Program-made: the position numbers and the translations under genes
Notes under the pieces: model-generated
Database searches by the model: none
The model's input: only the letters and a program-made list of their open reading frames with translations
What the model was told of the DNA's origin: nothing
NCBI RefSeq assembly: GCF_006345805.1
Contig: NC_043001.1
Span: 125,922,001 to 125,986,000, forward strand
Reading direction: 5' to 3'
Origin: Octopus sinensis
Taxonomy: Eukaryota
Length of the DNA stretch: 64,000 bases
Shown here: piece after piece, positions 1-12,834 of the stretch
Position numbering within the stretch: the stretch's first letter is position 1
Layout: the number at the start of each line of letters is the position of its first letter

Positions 1-143
1 CCCACTACACTCACGGAGTGGTTGGTATTAGGAAGGGCATCCAGCCTGACTGGGCCTGGTGCAGCCTTCAGGCTTCCCAGACCCCAGTTGAACCGTCCAA
101 CCCATGCTAGCATGGAAAGCGGACGTTATATGATGATGATGAT
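1..143 (+). mobile_element. Family D: RTE 3' UTR fragment
   Basis: gtggttggtattaggaagggcatccagc...ccatgctagcatggaaagcggacgtt(gat)n. Confidence 0.8.
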
Positions 144-582
144 ACTAGCTGACATACCCAGCAATTGCTGGGAAAGCAAGACTTCTCCCTTGGTTCTGTT
201 CTCATAATTGTTTCACTAATCCAATAACGACAATACAAAGTATGTAGCCATTAAAACGGTTTTTGTGCATTTACAGAGAATACTGAACTGTCTTACACAG
301 GATCTTGTTTTGTGAAGTCAGTTGTAATAACATGAAATTAGTTACCCGATAGTAAGAATCCAAATAAAGTAGCCCTGAAAAGGGCTTTAATGCATTCCTA
401 GAGTATACAGAACTTAGGAGGAAATACTAGTAAGGTATGTATACTAAAATCATGAAGCATGTTATGTAATAACAAACTAATCAGATATGGGATTTAGTTG
501 CTATTTCTAGCAATCTGAGAAATAACAAAGAAGGTTCCTCATTGGTAATTGTGTTGGACAAAGTGATACATACATATGTCAG

Positions 583-615
<33 letters not shown>

Positions 616-617
<2 letters not shown>

Positions 618-1020
618 TGCAGGAGTGGCTGTGTGGTAAGTAGCTTGCTTACCAACCACATGGTTCCAGGTTCAGTCCCACTGCGTGGCACCTTGGGCAA
701 GTGTCTTCTACTATAGCCTCGGGCTAACCAATGCCTTGTGAGTGGATTTGGTAGACGGAAACTGAAAGAAGCCCGTCGTATATATGTATATATATATATT
801 TGTGTGTATGTTTGTGTATCTGTGTTTGTCCCCCTAGCATTGCTTGACAACCAATGCTGGTGTGTTTATGTCCCCGTCACTTCGCGGATCGGCAAAAGAG
901 ACCGATAGAATAAGTACTAAGCTGACAAAGAATAAGTCCCGGGGTTGATTTGCTCGACCAAAGGTGGTGCTCCAGCATGGCCGCAGTCAAATGACTGAAA
1001 CAAGTAAAAGAAAGTAAAAG
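616..1020 (+). mobile_element. SINE family A (tRNA-like head, Meta-like central domain, (TA/TG)n, 3' module, (GTAAAAGA)n tail)
   Basis: A box tggctgtgtgg and B box ggttcagtccc; ccttgtgagtggatttggtagacggaaactgaaagaagcc; about 30 copies or fragments in the window. Confidence 0.88.
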
Positions 1021-1041
1021 AAATATATACACACACACATA

Positions 1042-1163
1042 CATTCTGTAATGTGGTTGGTGTTAGGAAGGGTATCCAGCTGTAAAAACCCTGCTAAAAC
1101 AGACTGGTGTCTAGCCAGCTCCTGTCAAACCATCCAATCCATACCAGCATGGGAAATAGGTAT

Positions 1164-1210
<47 letters not shown>
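1042..1210 (+). mobile_element. Family D fragment with a long (GAT)n tail
   Basis: Same diagnostic motifs; (GAT)n at about 1165-1210. Confidence 0.75.
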
Positions 1211-2792
1211 TATGTATGAATTAAATGTAAACACAGAGACACACAAAGCAATAAAACATGAGAAAAAGGAATCTGATTCTTGCTTTTTATATTATTATTA
1301 TTATCCTTATTATTACTATTCTGTATTTTCTGTTTTTGCTTTTTGTCTGTGAACACTTTTACATTTAATATATACAAATATATTCTTTGAACAACTTTAG
1401 CTTATTAATAAATCATATATATCATTTATGTGCATCTGGGCATCTATGTGGATGCATGTGAGTGTGTGTTTATGTGTGTGTATATATATATATATACACA
1501 TCATATACAAATACTAGATTGTATAAGACAGTGTGCAATGTTGACACAAATATTCTAACAAAGATGTCAATATTCTCTCAATGGAGTTCCCCAAAGTACC
1601 AATGAACTTGCACTAATTATGCGCATATTAACAACACAATTACTTCTTAACACTGAAGCATATGCACACACAGACATATACATGTGTGTGTGTGTGTGTG
1701 TGTGAGTGTGTGTTAATAAATCTATCACAAGAAAAAGCACAAAGGACTTATGGAATGATTCAGTCTTTGGTGCTGATGGAATATTCACACCAGCTGATCT
1801 ATATGATCAAGATGATAATGGAAGAGAGAAAATGAAGGAAGATATATATATATATCTATATATATATACACAAACACACAAACATATATATGAAACAGAA
1901 GTTTTTTTTTTTTCCTCCTTTTTTTTAAATAGCATAACGGAAACTTGGTAAAATAAGGAATGGAAAATAAAGATATCTTTGTCTTTGTTTTCTTTTTCTT
2001 TTCTCGAGTGTTTTCTTTTTTTTTTCTCTGTTTTTTTTTTTTAATGGTAAGATAAAACAAAGAGACAAAAAGATGACAAATACCATTAAATAAGATCTGT
2101 GAACACTGAAGTAACTTTAAAATAAGTCTCGTTATTAACTTAAGTTATTGATCAGGTCTTATTCGGTGGAGAAAAGCGAGACTTAATTTATGCATGAATA
2201 ACAAAAATTCATAGTAGAGACAAGACATTCATTATCGTCATAATCCTCATAACTTTTAGTAAAATAGTCATTCAACTGCTGCCATCGCGTAATCAATAAA
2301 AAAATAAATTATAAATCTTTTTGATTGGCAAACTCATCTAAGATGAACCAGCAATTTCATGATACAAAACCTTTCATTCTAAAATTATATTGAAATTTCA
2401 CTCTTCATGGTTATACACAAAATTCTTTTATGTTCTGAACCCCCCCCCCCCCGATTAATAATGGGAAAGTTAGTTATTTACCCAAACCCTTCCAAAATTC
2501 TTGATCATCTTCAAAATAAACGAAACAAAGAAATGACTTTTTTTTTTTAGTATTATGGTCATGAAAAGGTTTCCAAGCAATATTATGTATTTTTTTTTTC
2601 TTCTTCTGAAGCAGAAAAACTACTTAAGGACATCTTGAGGTCTACCACTACTACTACTACTACCAATACCACTGCTCATTTGTTTTTGTTTTATGTCTGT
2701 TTTTCATGATAGCATGGGTTGATCAAAAATACATTTTACAACAGGATGTCCTTCCTGTCACTAACCCTTACCTGTTACCTAATCTTCTGTCT

Positions 2793-3185
2793 TTTACTTC
2801 AGTCATTAGACTGCAACCAAGCTGAGGAACCCCCTTGAACAATTTGTTTTAGTCGAATGAATTGACCTCAGTACTCATTTTCTTCTAAGCCTGGTAATTA
2901 TTCTATTGGTCTCTTTTACCATACTGCTAAGTTACAGGCATGTAAACACACCATAATTGGTTGTCAAGTAGTGGTGGAGGATAAACACAGATACAAAGAC
3001 ACACATGTAGATAGATAAATGCAATGGGCTTCTTTTAGTTTCCATCTACCAAATCCACTCAAGGCTTTGGTTGGCAGAAGGCTATAGTAGAAAATACTTG
3101 CCCAAGGTGCCACCCCGTGGGACTGAATCTGGAAGCGTGTGGTCGGGAATCAAGCTTCTTACCACAAAGCCATACCTGTGCCTAG
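2793..3185 (-). mobile_element. SINE A, old copy
   Basis: Diverged reverse complement of both modules. Confidence 0.7.
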
Positions 3186-3593
3186 TAAAGAATGTTTCTT
3201 TTATTCCACTTGCCCTGAAAAATGCAGAGCTAGGGGCCAGTTTTTTGACAGGAAATTTCAACTGATTTCACCTCTGTTTTGTCTTTTTTTAAGGTCTGTG
3301 CTGTCATAAGAGATGGAAAGAAAATATTCACACACACTTTCATTCACAAACACATACAATAAGTTTCCATGTACATTCTATCTGCCAACATTCTATCTGT
3401 TCAACTTGAAACTATAATAGAAGACGCTTGTCCAGGTCCCTCTACTGTCATCTATCTACAACATAAAACCTAACACCACAAACTACTCCCTTAACCCATT
3501 AGCATTTAATCCAGCCATTTCAATGACAAGGTTTGGGGTTTTAATCAAACTTCTTATACAACCTTGCCAGGGCCCAGACATTCTATTATTCAA

Positions 3594-3772
3594 CCCTTTA
3601 GTATTCAGATTATTCTGTCATATTTATTTTGTTTTAAATTAACCATGCATTATCTTGTAGTTTAGAGATTTCAATGATGTGATTGTTTAATTGAATGATG
3701 TGAGTGTTTAATTATAAAACAATATGAATAAATAAGCATTACATTTGACAGAGTAATCTGAATTTTAATGGG
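3594..3772. mobile_element. Fold-back derivative of family F (two right ends head-to-head)
   Basis: ccctttagtattcagatt...catgcattatc (right end, reverse), then aataagcattacatttgacagagtaatctgaatt...ggg|TTAA. Confidence 0.6.
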
Positions 3773-3776
3773 TTAA

Positions 3777-4463
3777 ACCTCTAGCATTTAAACCAGCCAT
3801 ATCTGGCCAAAATATTCTACTTGATTTATGTTCAAACTGGCCAGATCTGGCCTCTCATACTGACCCGAAAATCATCATCATCATCATTGTTTAACGTCCA
3901 TTTTCCGCACTAGCACGGGTTGGACGGTTCGACCAGGGTCTGGGAAGCCAGGGGCTGCACCAGGCTCCAGTCTGATCTGGCAGTGTTTCTACAGCTGGAT
4001 GCCCTTCCAAACGCCAACCACTCCGCGAGTGTAGTGGGTGCTTTTTACGTGCCACCTGCACAGGTGCTAGGGGAGTCCGGCGTCGGCCATGATCGGTTGG
4101 TGCTTTTAACGTGCCACTGGCACGGAAGCCAGCCAAGGCGGTGCTGGCATCGGCATGTTCAGATAGTACTTTTTAAGCGCCACCGGCACAGAAGCCAGTC
4201 GAGGTGGTGCTGGCATTGGCCACGTTCGGATGGTGCTTTTTATGTGCCACCGGCACAGAAGCCAGTCGAGGTGGCGCTGGCATCAGCCACGTTCGGATGG
4301 TGCTTTTTATGTGCCACCGGCACAGGTATCACAACTACTATTTCCATTGATATTTAACTACATCTTCGAAATCTTGAAGCTACAAGATTATGCATGATTA
4401 ATTCAAAACGATGTATGAATAAAGAAGCATTGCATTTGACAGAGTAAACTGAATGTTAAAGGG
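3777..4463 (+). mobile_element. piggyBac-type MITE (family F) interrupted by an RTE tail (3872-4355)
   Basis: TTAA at 3773-76 and 4464-67. Ends (a)cctctagcattt ... aatgttaaaggg. Confidence 0.75.
3872..4355 (-). mobile_element. Family D with an internal ~66-bp tandem array
   Basis: (cat)n gtttaacgtcc..., five copies of gtgctttttaygtgccacnggcac. Confidence 0.85.
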
Positions 4464-5225
4464 TTAACACTGCTACTATCTCTACTTCAACACTACAATG
4501 CCCACAGACAAACCACTAGAAATATTGGTTTCAAATTTTGGCAGAGGGCCAGCAAATTCAGGGAAGAAGAGGCTAAGTCAATTACATCAACCCCAGTGCT
4601 CAAATGGTGCTGATTTTATCGACCCCCAAAAGGATGAAAGTCTAAGTCGAACTTGGCAGAATTTGAACTCACACTAGAAATATTGCTATTATCAGCCAGA
4701 ACTACAAACACCACCTAACAACAATAAGGTCAATACATAACAAAATAAAATTATTATTTTGCCAGCCTATGTTAACACCCAAGAGGATTTTTATTTCTTT
4801 TGTTGGTCAATTAATTTTTAATGGGATTTCATCTCCTCAGTGTGTGTGTGAGTAGACACAGTATGTAAAAGTGGGAGGAAGCTGACAGAGATGTTCATAA
4901 TAATGTTTGTGACTGATGACAAATAATGGTGATGACGGCTACATTTGCTGCTGCTACTGCCACCACCTCCACCATCGTCATCACAGCTATAATCATCATT
5001 TTCTTGTCATCAGAATCTTCAGAAATGTATGTGGGTTCTGTGTATGTGCATACATGCATGTACACACACACACACACATACAAATTTCTTACAAGAAGAT
5101 AATTTTTTTTCATATATCTACTTTCATTCTTTGCAATGAAGGGTGGCTGAGAGGGAAGTGTGGAGAGGGAAATGCATTTTTTCTTTCTTGCATTCACAAA
5201 CAAGTAGACATAGAGGGAAAAAATG

Positions 5226-5580
5226 ACACACACACATACATACAAGCAGATACAAACATAGAGAAACCAACCTACATACACACACACACACATACATACA
5301 CACATACATACAAGCAGATACAGACATAGAGAAACCACACACACACACACACATACATACATACAAGCAGATACAGACATAGAGAAACCAACACACACAC
5401 ACACACATACATACATACAAGCAGATACAAACAGAGAAACCAACCACACACACACACACATACATACAAGCAGATACAAACAGAGAGAAACCAACCTACA
5501 TACACACACACACACACACATACATACATACAAGCAGATACAAACATAGAGAAACCAACCTACACACACACACACACACT
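5226..5580. repeat. Compound minisatellite (CA)n-CATA-CAAGCAGATACAAACATAGAGAAACCAACC, about six units
   Basis: Unit repeats are visible; the (CA)n length varies between units. Confidence 0.85.
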
Positions 5581-5814
5581 AGAATGTTTCAAACAAACCA
5601 AGTCAGAATAATCATACTGTAAAGTACCAGCCATCATAGAAATAGCAAATTGCAGTTTGCTCAGGATTTTTTATGGGATTTTTTTCTCTCTTTGAGTGAA
5701 ATGAGATAAGCATGGTGGGTGTTTGACTGATTACAATGCTTAACCTACAACTCTACATCGCCTACGAGACACAAACACAGAACTAACCAATACAAATGTG
5801 ATCTTTTTAGCTTT

Positions 5815-6205
5815 TATTTGTTTTAAGTCATTGGATTGCAGACATGCTGGGGCACTGCAGACATGGAGGGTTTAGTCAAGCAAATCAATCGCAGTGCTTT
5901 TTTTTTTTTCAAAGTCTGGCACTTATTCTATTGGTCTCTTTGGCTGAACCACCAAGTTACAGGGACATAAACAAACCAACACCAGTTGTCCAAGAGGTGG
6001 AGAGAGACAAATGCAACCATGCACGTACACATGTGTATGATATCTACATACAGGCTTCCACACAGTTTCTATCTACTAAATTCACTCACAAGGCATCAGT
6101 CGGCCTTATGGCTATAGTAGGAGACACTTGTCCAAGGTGCCATGTCATGGGACTGAACCTGAAACTACCTGATTGCAAAGCAAACTACTTAACCACAGAG
6201 CTGTG
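5815..6205 (-). mobile_element. SINE A, old copy
   Basis: Diverged reverse complement of both modules. Confidence 0.7.
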
Positions 6206-6639
6206 CCTAGAACAAAGATACATGAAAGATAAGGGCTTCATAATCTCAATATTTTAAATAACTCTAAAAAATCTCCCAAAATTCAGCAATTCAAACAAAT
6301 CCTGCTATTAACACTGGAGAGATCAAATGACCACATGGGTTGGTGCTGGACAAACACCTGAGAGGTGAGCAGTTCGTACAAGGATATGCACCAGCACTGT
6401 GTTACATATGTGCTCAAGATAATTAAATATCAATTACTATGACCTTCTGGCTCCAGATGGTTATAACATCTACAAGAACCTTCAATGGCCTACAAAATTC
6501 ACAGGTGCAGCCTTCTATATTAGCATTTAAAAACCCCAGTTTCTCAGCTTTAGCATTAGATGAGCAGGTATTTAAAGCGTCAGTTTGGATCAAATCTCAG
6601 TTTTTGATCAGGTCTTTTTATCAAGAACACTTCATATTT

Positions 6640-6935
6640 TTAGGGATTGCACCTAAAAAGTTCCTCTCCCAGGCTGAAGTTTGGGTAGGATTGTTTGTAG
6701 AAGACCAGCAGTCACCCATGCATACCAGTCTCCCCTCTACACGTCACTAATGTTGTCCAAAGGTAAAGCGAAGGCCAGCTTAGCACCAGTGAGATCACAA
6801 CTCATTTCTTCAACTAAGTGAACTGGAGTAATGTGAAATAAAGTGAACACAACACAGTCCAGTCCAAGAATCGAACTCACTACCTCACAATTGTAAGCCC
6901 AATGTTCAAACCACTGATCCATGCACCTTCACAAG
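6640..6935 (-). mobile_element. SINE family G (tRNA-like head)
   Basis: Minus strand tgtgaaggtgcatggatcagtggtt...gagttcgattc...ttatttcacattactccagttcact. Confidence 0.7.
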
Positions 6936-7647
6936 AAAAGTGATGTTTGCTACTACTGTCCAAGAGATCCTAGCCTCTGTTTAAAGAGAGTGAGAATAAG
7001 GTTTAGTTGCCTAAATTGAGTATTTTCAATGACTAATATCTAAATACAAGTCTTCCTACTAGACAATGCAGAATTTAGTTGTGTAAGAACTGCATAAAAC
7101 ACCTTGTTTGCTTTTCTGTCAGTTTTGAGATATCTGGAAGTTTTAGCATTGATTGCAGCAGAGAGCAATGAAAAATTGATAATATGTAAGAACAAATCTG
7201 TCTTTTTATCTTTAATTACTCTTTCAAATCCAATTTTCTCCTTGCATTGCTGGGATAGTTTTTATTAGGAGCAAGTGTCTTCAGAGAGTGATCCCAGATA
7301 TATCTTACTGCTAACGACTCAACCATGAAATAGGATTGGAATCCATCCCTTTGTCAATCAAACAAAAAGGAGCAATCAAAGTTATATGCTTTGCTTGGGA
7401 CAGTACAACATCTGTAGTAATACTTGAACTTACAACCATAAGGTCAGCAGTCCAGCACCTTCAATTCACAACAAAACAGCATTCTTATAAGCAGAAGCTT
7501 TTGGCATCTCATTACAGACCTTAGGGTCTGAAGAACAATTTTATAATTATTTTTGCTGCAGGTGCAGATATGACTGTGAGGTTAGACAACTCACTTCCCA
7601 ACCATATAACTTCGGTTTCAGTCCCCCTGTGCGATACCTTAGGAAAA

Positions 7648-7805
7648 TCATCATCATCATTATTTAACATCAGTTTTCAGTGTTGGCATGGGTTCGATGT
7701 TTGGACAAGAACTGACCAGCTGAAGGGCTGTTCAGGCTCCATATCTGTTTTGGCATGATTTCTACAGCTAGATGTCTTTCCTAACACCAACCACAATACT
7801 GAGTG
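7648..7805 (-). mobile_element. Family D fragment
   Basis: catcatcatcattatttaacatc...ggatgtctttcctaacaccaaccac-like motif. Confidence 0.7.
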
Positions 7806-7827
7806 CGTTTACACAGCAATGGTACAG

Positions 7828-8043
7828 ATGCACAGGAGTGGCTGTGTGGTAAGTAGCTTGCTAACCAACCACATGGTTCCGGGTTCAGTCCCACTGCGTG
7901 GCATCTTGGGCAAGTGTCTTCTGCTATAGCCCCAGGCCGACCAATGCCTTGTGAGTGGATTTGGTAGACAGAAACTGAAAGAAGCCTGTCGTATATATGT
8001 AACCCATGCTAGCATGGAAAGCGGACGTTAAACGATGATGATG

Positions 8044-8122
<79 letters not shown>

Positions 8123-8322
8123 TGTGTCTGTGTTTGTCCCTCTAGCATTGCTTGACAACCGATGCTGGTGTGTTTACATCCCCGTTACTTAGCGGTTCGG
8201 CAAAAGAGACTGATAGAATAAGTACTGGGCTTACAAAGAATAAGTCCTGGGGGTCGATTTGCTCGACTAAAAGTGGTGCTCCAGCATGGCCACAGTCAAA
8301 TGACTGAAACAAGTAAAAGAGT
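7828..8322 (+). mobile_element. SINE A with a D tail (8001-8045) in its central microsatellite
   Basis: 5' module, D fragment, (TG)n, 3' module. Confidence 0.85.
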
Positions 8323-8539
8323 ATACAAACATGTCTAGGCTGTTTGTTGTTCAATAAACTGAGAGAGAATTACCTCACCTGGAAACAATTAGGGCTTGGT
8401 GACAGGAAGGGCATCCAACCATAGAAAAGTCTGCCCCAACATACTCTTCATCTGACTCATGCAAGAATTGAAAAGCAGATATTAAAACAATGATGATGAA
8501 CATCAAATCTGCAGTGGATGCTTCATTGTGTATTTAGAC

Positions 8540-8728
8540 CAGTGCTTTTCAAACATTCCACTGGCTCGGGGAACCCCTGTGCAATAATTTAATAGTCTTA
8601 TGCACACATATCTGCACAGGAAAATTAAAATTACTGCCGATTTTAGCAGTTTTGTAACTTCTTGCGGAACCCCTGGACTGTACTGGCAGAACCCTAAGGT
8701 TCCGCGGAACCCTGGTTGAAAACCATTA
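8540..8728. mobile_element. hAT (Charlie-type) MITE
   Basis: Perfect 8-bp TSD ATTTAGAC (8532-8539, 8729-8736). TIRs cagtgcttttcaa / ttgaaaaccatta. Confidence 0.85.
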
Positions 8729-9092
8729 ATTTAGACAATGCACTTAGTTCTAGGTCAGCCAGATATTAGGGACAGGCACCCAATAAGCTGGCAATCTAGG
8801 ACCAGTTGGGCAGGACATATTACTCCAACACATACTACCTGACACTAATAATTCTGGCAATTCACTGCCTTGGAATGGTTCTGTTTTATTGATCCCCAAA
8901 AAGGATGAAAGATAGAGTTGACTTTGGCAGGGATGGAACAAACACTGCATTCCACTCAACACTGATGATTCTGCCAATTCACATGGCAACGTTAGCTGAA
9001 TTACAGGGAGAAGAATCAAATTCACCCATACTACTTCCTTAACTCATGAAACTGAAACAAAAACATGCTCTTAAAAATCCCTTCTGAGCTTA

Positions 9093-9492
9093 GGCACAGG
9101 AGTGGCTGTGTGGTAAGTAGCTTGCTAACCAATCACATGGTTCCGGGTTCAATCCCACAGTGTGGCATCTTGGGCAAGTGTCTTCTGCTATAGCCCCGGG
9201 CCGACCAATGCCTTGTGAGTGGATTTGGTAGACGGAAACTGAAAGAAGCCTGTCGTATATATGTATATGTGTGTATGTGTGTGTGTGTCTGTGTTTGTCC
9301 CCCTAGCATTGCTTGACAACCGATGCTGGTGTGTTTACGTCCCCGTCACTTAGCGGTTCGGCAAAAGAGACCGATAGAATAAGTACTGGGCTTACAAAGA
9401 ATAAGTCCTGGGGTCAATTTGCTCGAATAAAGGTGGTGCTCCAGCATTGCCACAGTCAAATGACTGAAACAAGTAAAAGAGTAAAGAGAGTA
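9093..9492 (+). mobile_element. SINE A
   Basis: Full-length, near consensus. Confidence 0.88.
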
Positions 9493-10102
9493 ACTCAGAG
9501 GAGATTAATATATGAGTTTGGAGCAGAGTAAAACTGAACTAAGCAGCAACCCATGTATATCTGGGAGATCTTAATATACTGTAGCCTTTTGTATTGTTGT
9601 TGTTCTTTTTTCACACTTCACATCCAGTAGATTTATAACCACAGGTGCAAACATGATTGTCTGATAGAGGAGCTCATCTCACAACCAAGTGATTCCAAGT
9701 CCAATGTCACTGAGTGGCACTTACAGCAAGTGCCTTCTATCATAGTCTCAAGATTACCCAGGATCTTGGAAGTAAGATTTGGTTGACAGAAAATGAGCAA
9801 AAGCTCATTGAATGTGTGTGTGTGTTCTTTATGTTGTGTCTTTGTATCCTGCTACTTAATAGCTTAGCAAATAAAGATCCATACAATAGGTACCAATCAC
9901 AAATAAGTATTAAGGTCAATAATACCTGGCATGGCTATAGTCCAATGACTGAAACCAGAAATAGAAAAATCAAAGAATAAACTTTCCAGCTGTGACCATC
10001 TATTTTTTATCAGAATGTATCTTAGACTACATAATCCAATCATTATCCTCATCAATGACAATCCATTTTCCATGCTAGCATGGGTGGGACAATTTGACAG
10101 GC

Positions 10103-10330
10103 GGCGAGCTGGCAGAAACATTAGCACGCCGGGCAAAATGCTTAGCGGTATTCCGTCTGCTGTTACGTTCTGAGTTCAAATTCAGCCGAGGCTGACTTTG
10201 CCTTTCATCCTTTCGGAGTCGATAAATTAAGTACCAGTTACGCACTCGGGTCGATGTAATTGACTTAATAACTATGTCTGTCCTTGTTTGTCCCCTCTGT
10301 GCTTAGCCCCTTATGGTAATAAAGAAATAG
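10103..10330 (+). mobile_element. SINE family B (tRNA-like head, Nin-like central domain)
   Basis: ggcgagctggcagaaac...gagttcaaattc (B box)...gactttgcctttcatcctttcgg.gtcgataaattaagtacc. Confidence 0.85.
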
Positions 10331-10655
10331 GATCCTGTGAGTGCATACTCTGTTACTCTCTCCACTACCATTCTCTTATCTCATTATATATTTGTTCTTC
10401 TCATCATATTTTAGCTTCTTATGTCATCTTGCCAAAATCCATCATATCCACTTTTCTATTCTTCTTTTAGTCATGGAGGCCCTTTAGGCTTACAAGCTGC
10501 AAGGCCACCATGGAAAAAAAAAAAGCATCAAGTATTCCTAACATCAACTACTTTACAAAGACATGGTACAGTTGTCCCCCAACTCATCAGGCTCTTTTCA
10601 AACTGTATAACTCTTCCAGCTTGGAAAGCAGATGTAAAATGATGTACACCATATA

Positions 10656-10826
10656 GGCGCAGGAGTGGCTGTGTGGTAAGTAGCTTGCTAAACAACCACA
10701 TGGTTCCGGGTTCAGTCCCACTGTGTGGCATCTTGGGCAAGTGTCTTCTGCTATAGCTCCGGGCCGACCAATGCCTTGTGAGTGGATTTGGTAGACGGAA
10801 ACTGAAAGAAGCCTGTCATATATATG

Positions 10827-10858
<32 letters not shown>

Positions 10859-11075
10859 AGTGTTTGTGTATGTGTGTTTGTCCCCCTAGCATTGCTTGAC
10901 AACCGATGCTGGTGTGTTTACGTCCCTGTCACTTAGCGGTTCGGCAAAAAGAGACCGATAGAATAAGTACAGGGCTTACAAAGAATAAGTCCTGGGGGTC
11001 GATTTGCTCGACTAAAGGTGGTGCTCCAGCATAGCTGCAGTCAAATGACTGAAACAAGTAAAAGAGTAAAAGAGT
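10656..11075 (+). mobile_element. SINE A
   Basis: Full-length, near consensus. Confidence 0.88.
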
Positions 11076-11692
11076 ATATAATAAAGACAACCAAAAGGGT
11101 TGATATCAGCTAAGATAACTAGTTGCAAATACTACTTTGAAAATACCTTTCCAACCCATGGCATCATGGAAAGCAGATAAAAAAGACAATGAATAATGAT
11201 GACACATACATATACTACCTGAACAAGTACACATCAACTACTACACAAAACACACATTAGTCCCACACATATCCACATGTCCATATGCATACTCAAATAT
11301 ACACACACACACACACTCTCTCCCACACATATGTACTCACTTGCCCCCATTCACACATCACACTCACACACATGCTTGTGCACCTTAGTTCGTTGGGGTC
11401 ACCATTATGATTATTATTATCTCCCTTTCATTCAGCCTCTTTTTTTTCCAGTCACCTCACCATGTTGGACCATTGAACTCTGCACATTTTTTCTCTCTCC
11501 CTTTTTTTCCCTATCTCCCCAATTTTTTTTCACTCTCTCCCCATTTTCCTCCCTCTTAATTCTTTCTGTTAAGAGCATAGGCTTGAAACATAAAAGACTA
11601 TTCCATTTTTCCTGAATGTTAAACTAATATAGTTGCTTGTTGTTCCAACACCTGTTTTCATCTTTTGTCTTCTGTAAATTTGAACTATATAT

Positions 11693-12118
11693 CATCATCA
11701 TCATCGTTTAACGTCCGTTTTCCGCGCTAGCACGGGTTGGACGGTTTGACCGGGGTCTGGGAAGCCAGGGGCTGCTCCAGGATCCAGTCTTCCTAACGCC
11801 AACCACTCCGCGAGTGTAGTGGGTGCTTTTTACGTGCCACCTGCACAGGTGCTAGGGGGGGTCCGGCATCGGTCACGATCAGTTGGAGCTTTTAACGTGC
11901 CAGCAGCACAGAAGCCAGCGAAGGCGGCGCTGGCAACGTTCGGATGGTCTTTTTATGTGCCACCGGCACAGGAGCCAGTCGGGGCGGCGCTGGCATCGGC
12001 CACGTTCGGATGGTGCTTTTTATGTGCCACCGGCACAGAAGCCAGTCGGGGCGGCGCTGGCATTGGCCACATTTGGATAGTGCTTTTTATGTGCCACCGG
12101 CACAGGCATCACAACTAC
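11693..12118 (-). mobile_element. Family D with an internal tandem array
   Basis: Same motifs as 3872-4355, about five core copies. Confidence 0.85.
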
Positions 12119-12379
12119 TTATATATATATAAGATTATATAGATATAGTGGTTGGCCAAATGCATATGGTACATTAGTGGACAAAGTTCAAGTTTTCACT
12201 TGCTCCACTTTATGCTATTGGTTTAAAGGCATGAATACTCCAACTTCCATACTTCCATCAATTCACTCCCTGAAATCAATATAGAGATGATCACCCAATG
12301 ATGGATAGGTACAATCACAAAAGAACTGACACTGTTATATCAGTGCATCTGATAAATCAATAATTCAGTTATGGTAATC

Positions 12380-12790
12380 TATCGAAGTAGAAAGTAATAT
12401 TTAGATAGAAAGAAGATGTGAGAAAATGATAGGAGAGAAAACAAGAGTTGGAAGGAAAGAGGAAAGGAGAAAGAAGAAGTAGTCATCAGGAGAAATGGAG
12501 AGCGAGAGAAACAGAGAGATGAACAGAAAGAAAAAATAGAAAATAGAAATATAACCAAAATTGTGATGGTAATGAGGACAATAATGAAAGATGATGTGAA
12601 GAGAAGGAAGACAGATAGATAAAAAGGATGTAAATTAAAGGAAAGCAGAGAAAGAGAAAAATAAAACCGATGAAAGAAAAATAACAGAGAAAAGTGCAAG
12701 GGGAAACTAGGTCAAAAATGAGAAATAACATAAAGATGAAGAAGAGTAGAAGAGAGAAAGAGAGAAAGAGAAGTTGAAACGGAGGTTGTA
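12380..12790 (+). repeat. GA-rich purine tract just downstream (on the gene's strand) of the tetraspanin exon
   Basis: Strong A/G bias on the plus strand, so U/C-rich in the pre-mRNA. Confidence 0.6.
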
Positions 12791-12834
12791 AGAGGATAAA
12801 TCAAGTGAAATTAATATATTTTTTTTTTACTTAC

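Noticed and set aside
539-850. Recurring ORFs such as MSSNARGTNTDTQT... and MTTDAGVFTSPSLSG...
   Set aside because: They are translations of SINE A copies, repeated only because the SINE is repeated.
4035-4330. CRISPR-like pattern (conserved ~24-nt palindromic repeat with ~40-nt spacers), also at 11820-12105 and 41970-42250
   Set aside because: The spacers are homologous to each other, the arrays lie inside an RTE 3' UTR in eukaryotic DNA, and there are no cas genes.
10505-10535. Minus-strand CTGATGA followed by a GTTG/CAAC hairpin
   Set aside because: No GAAA box after the stem and no stem I, so it is not a hammerhead.
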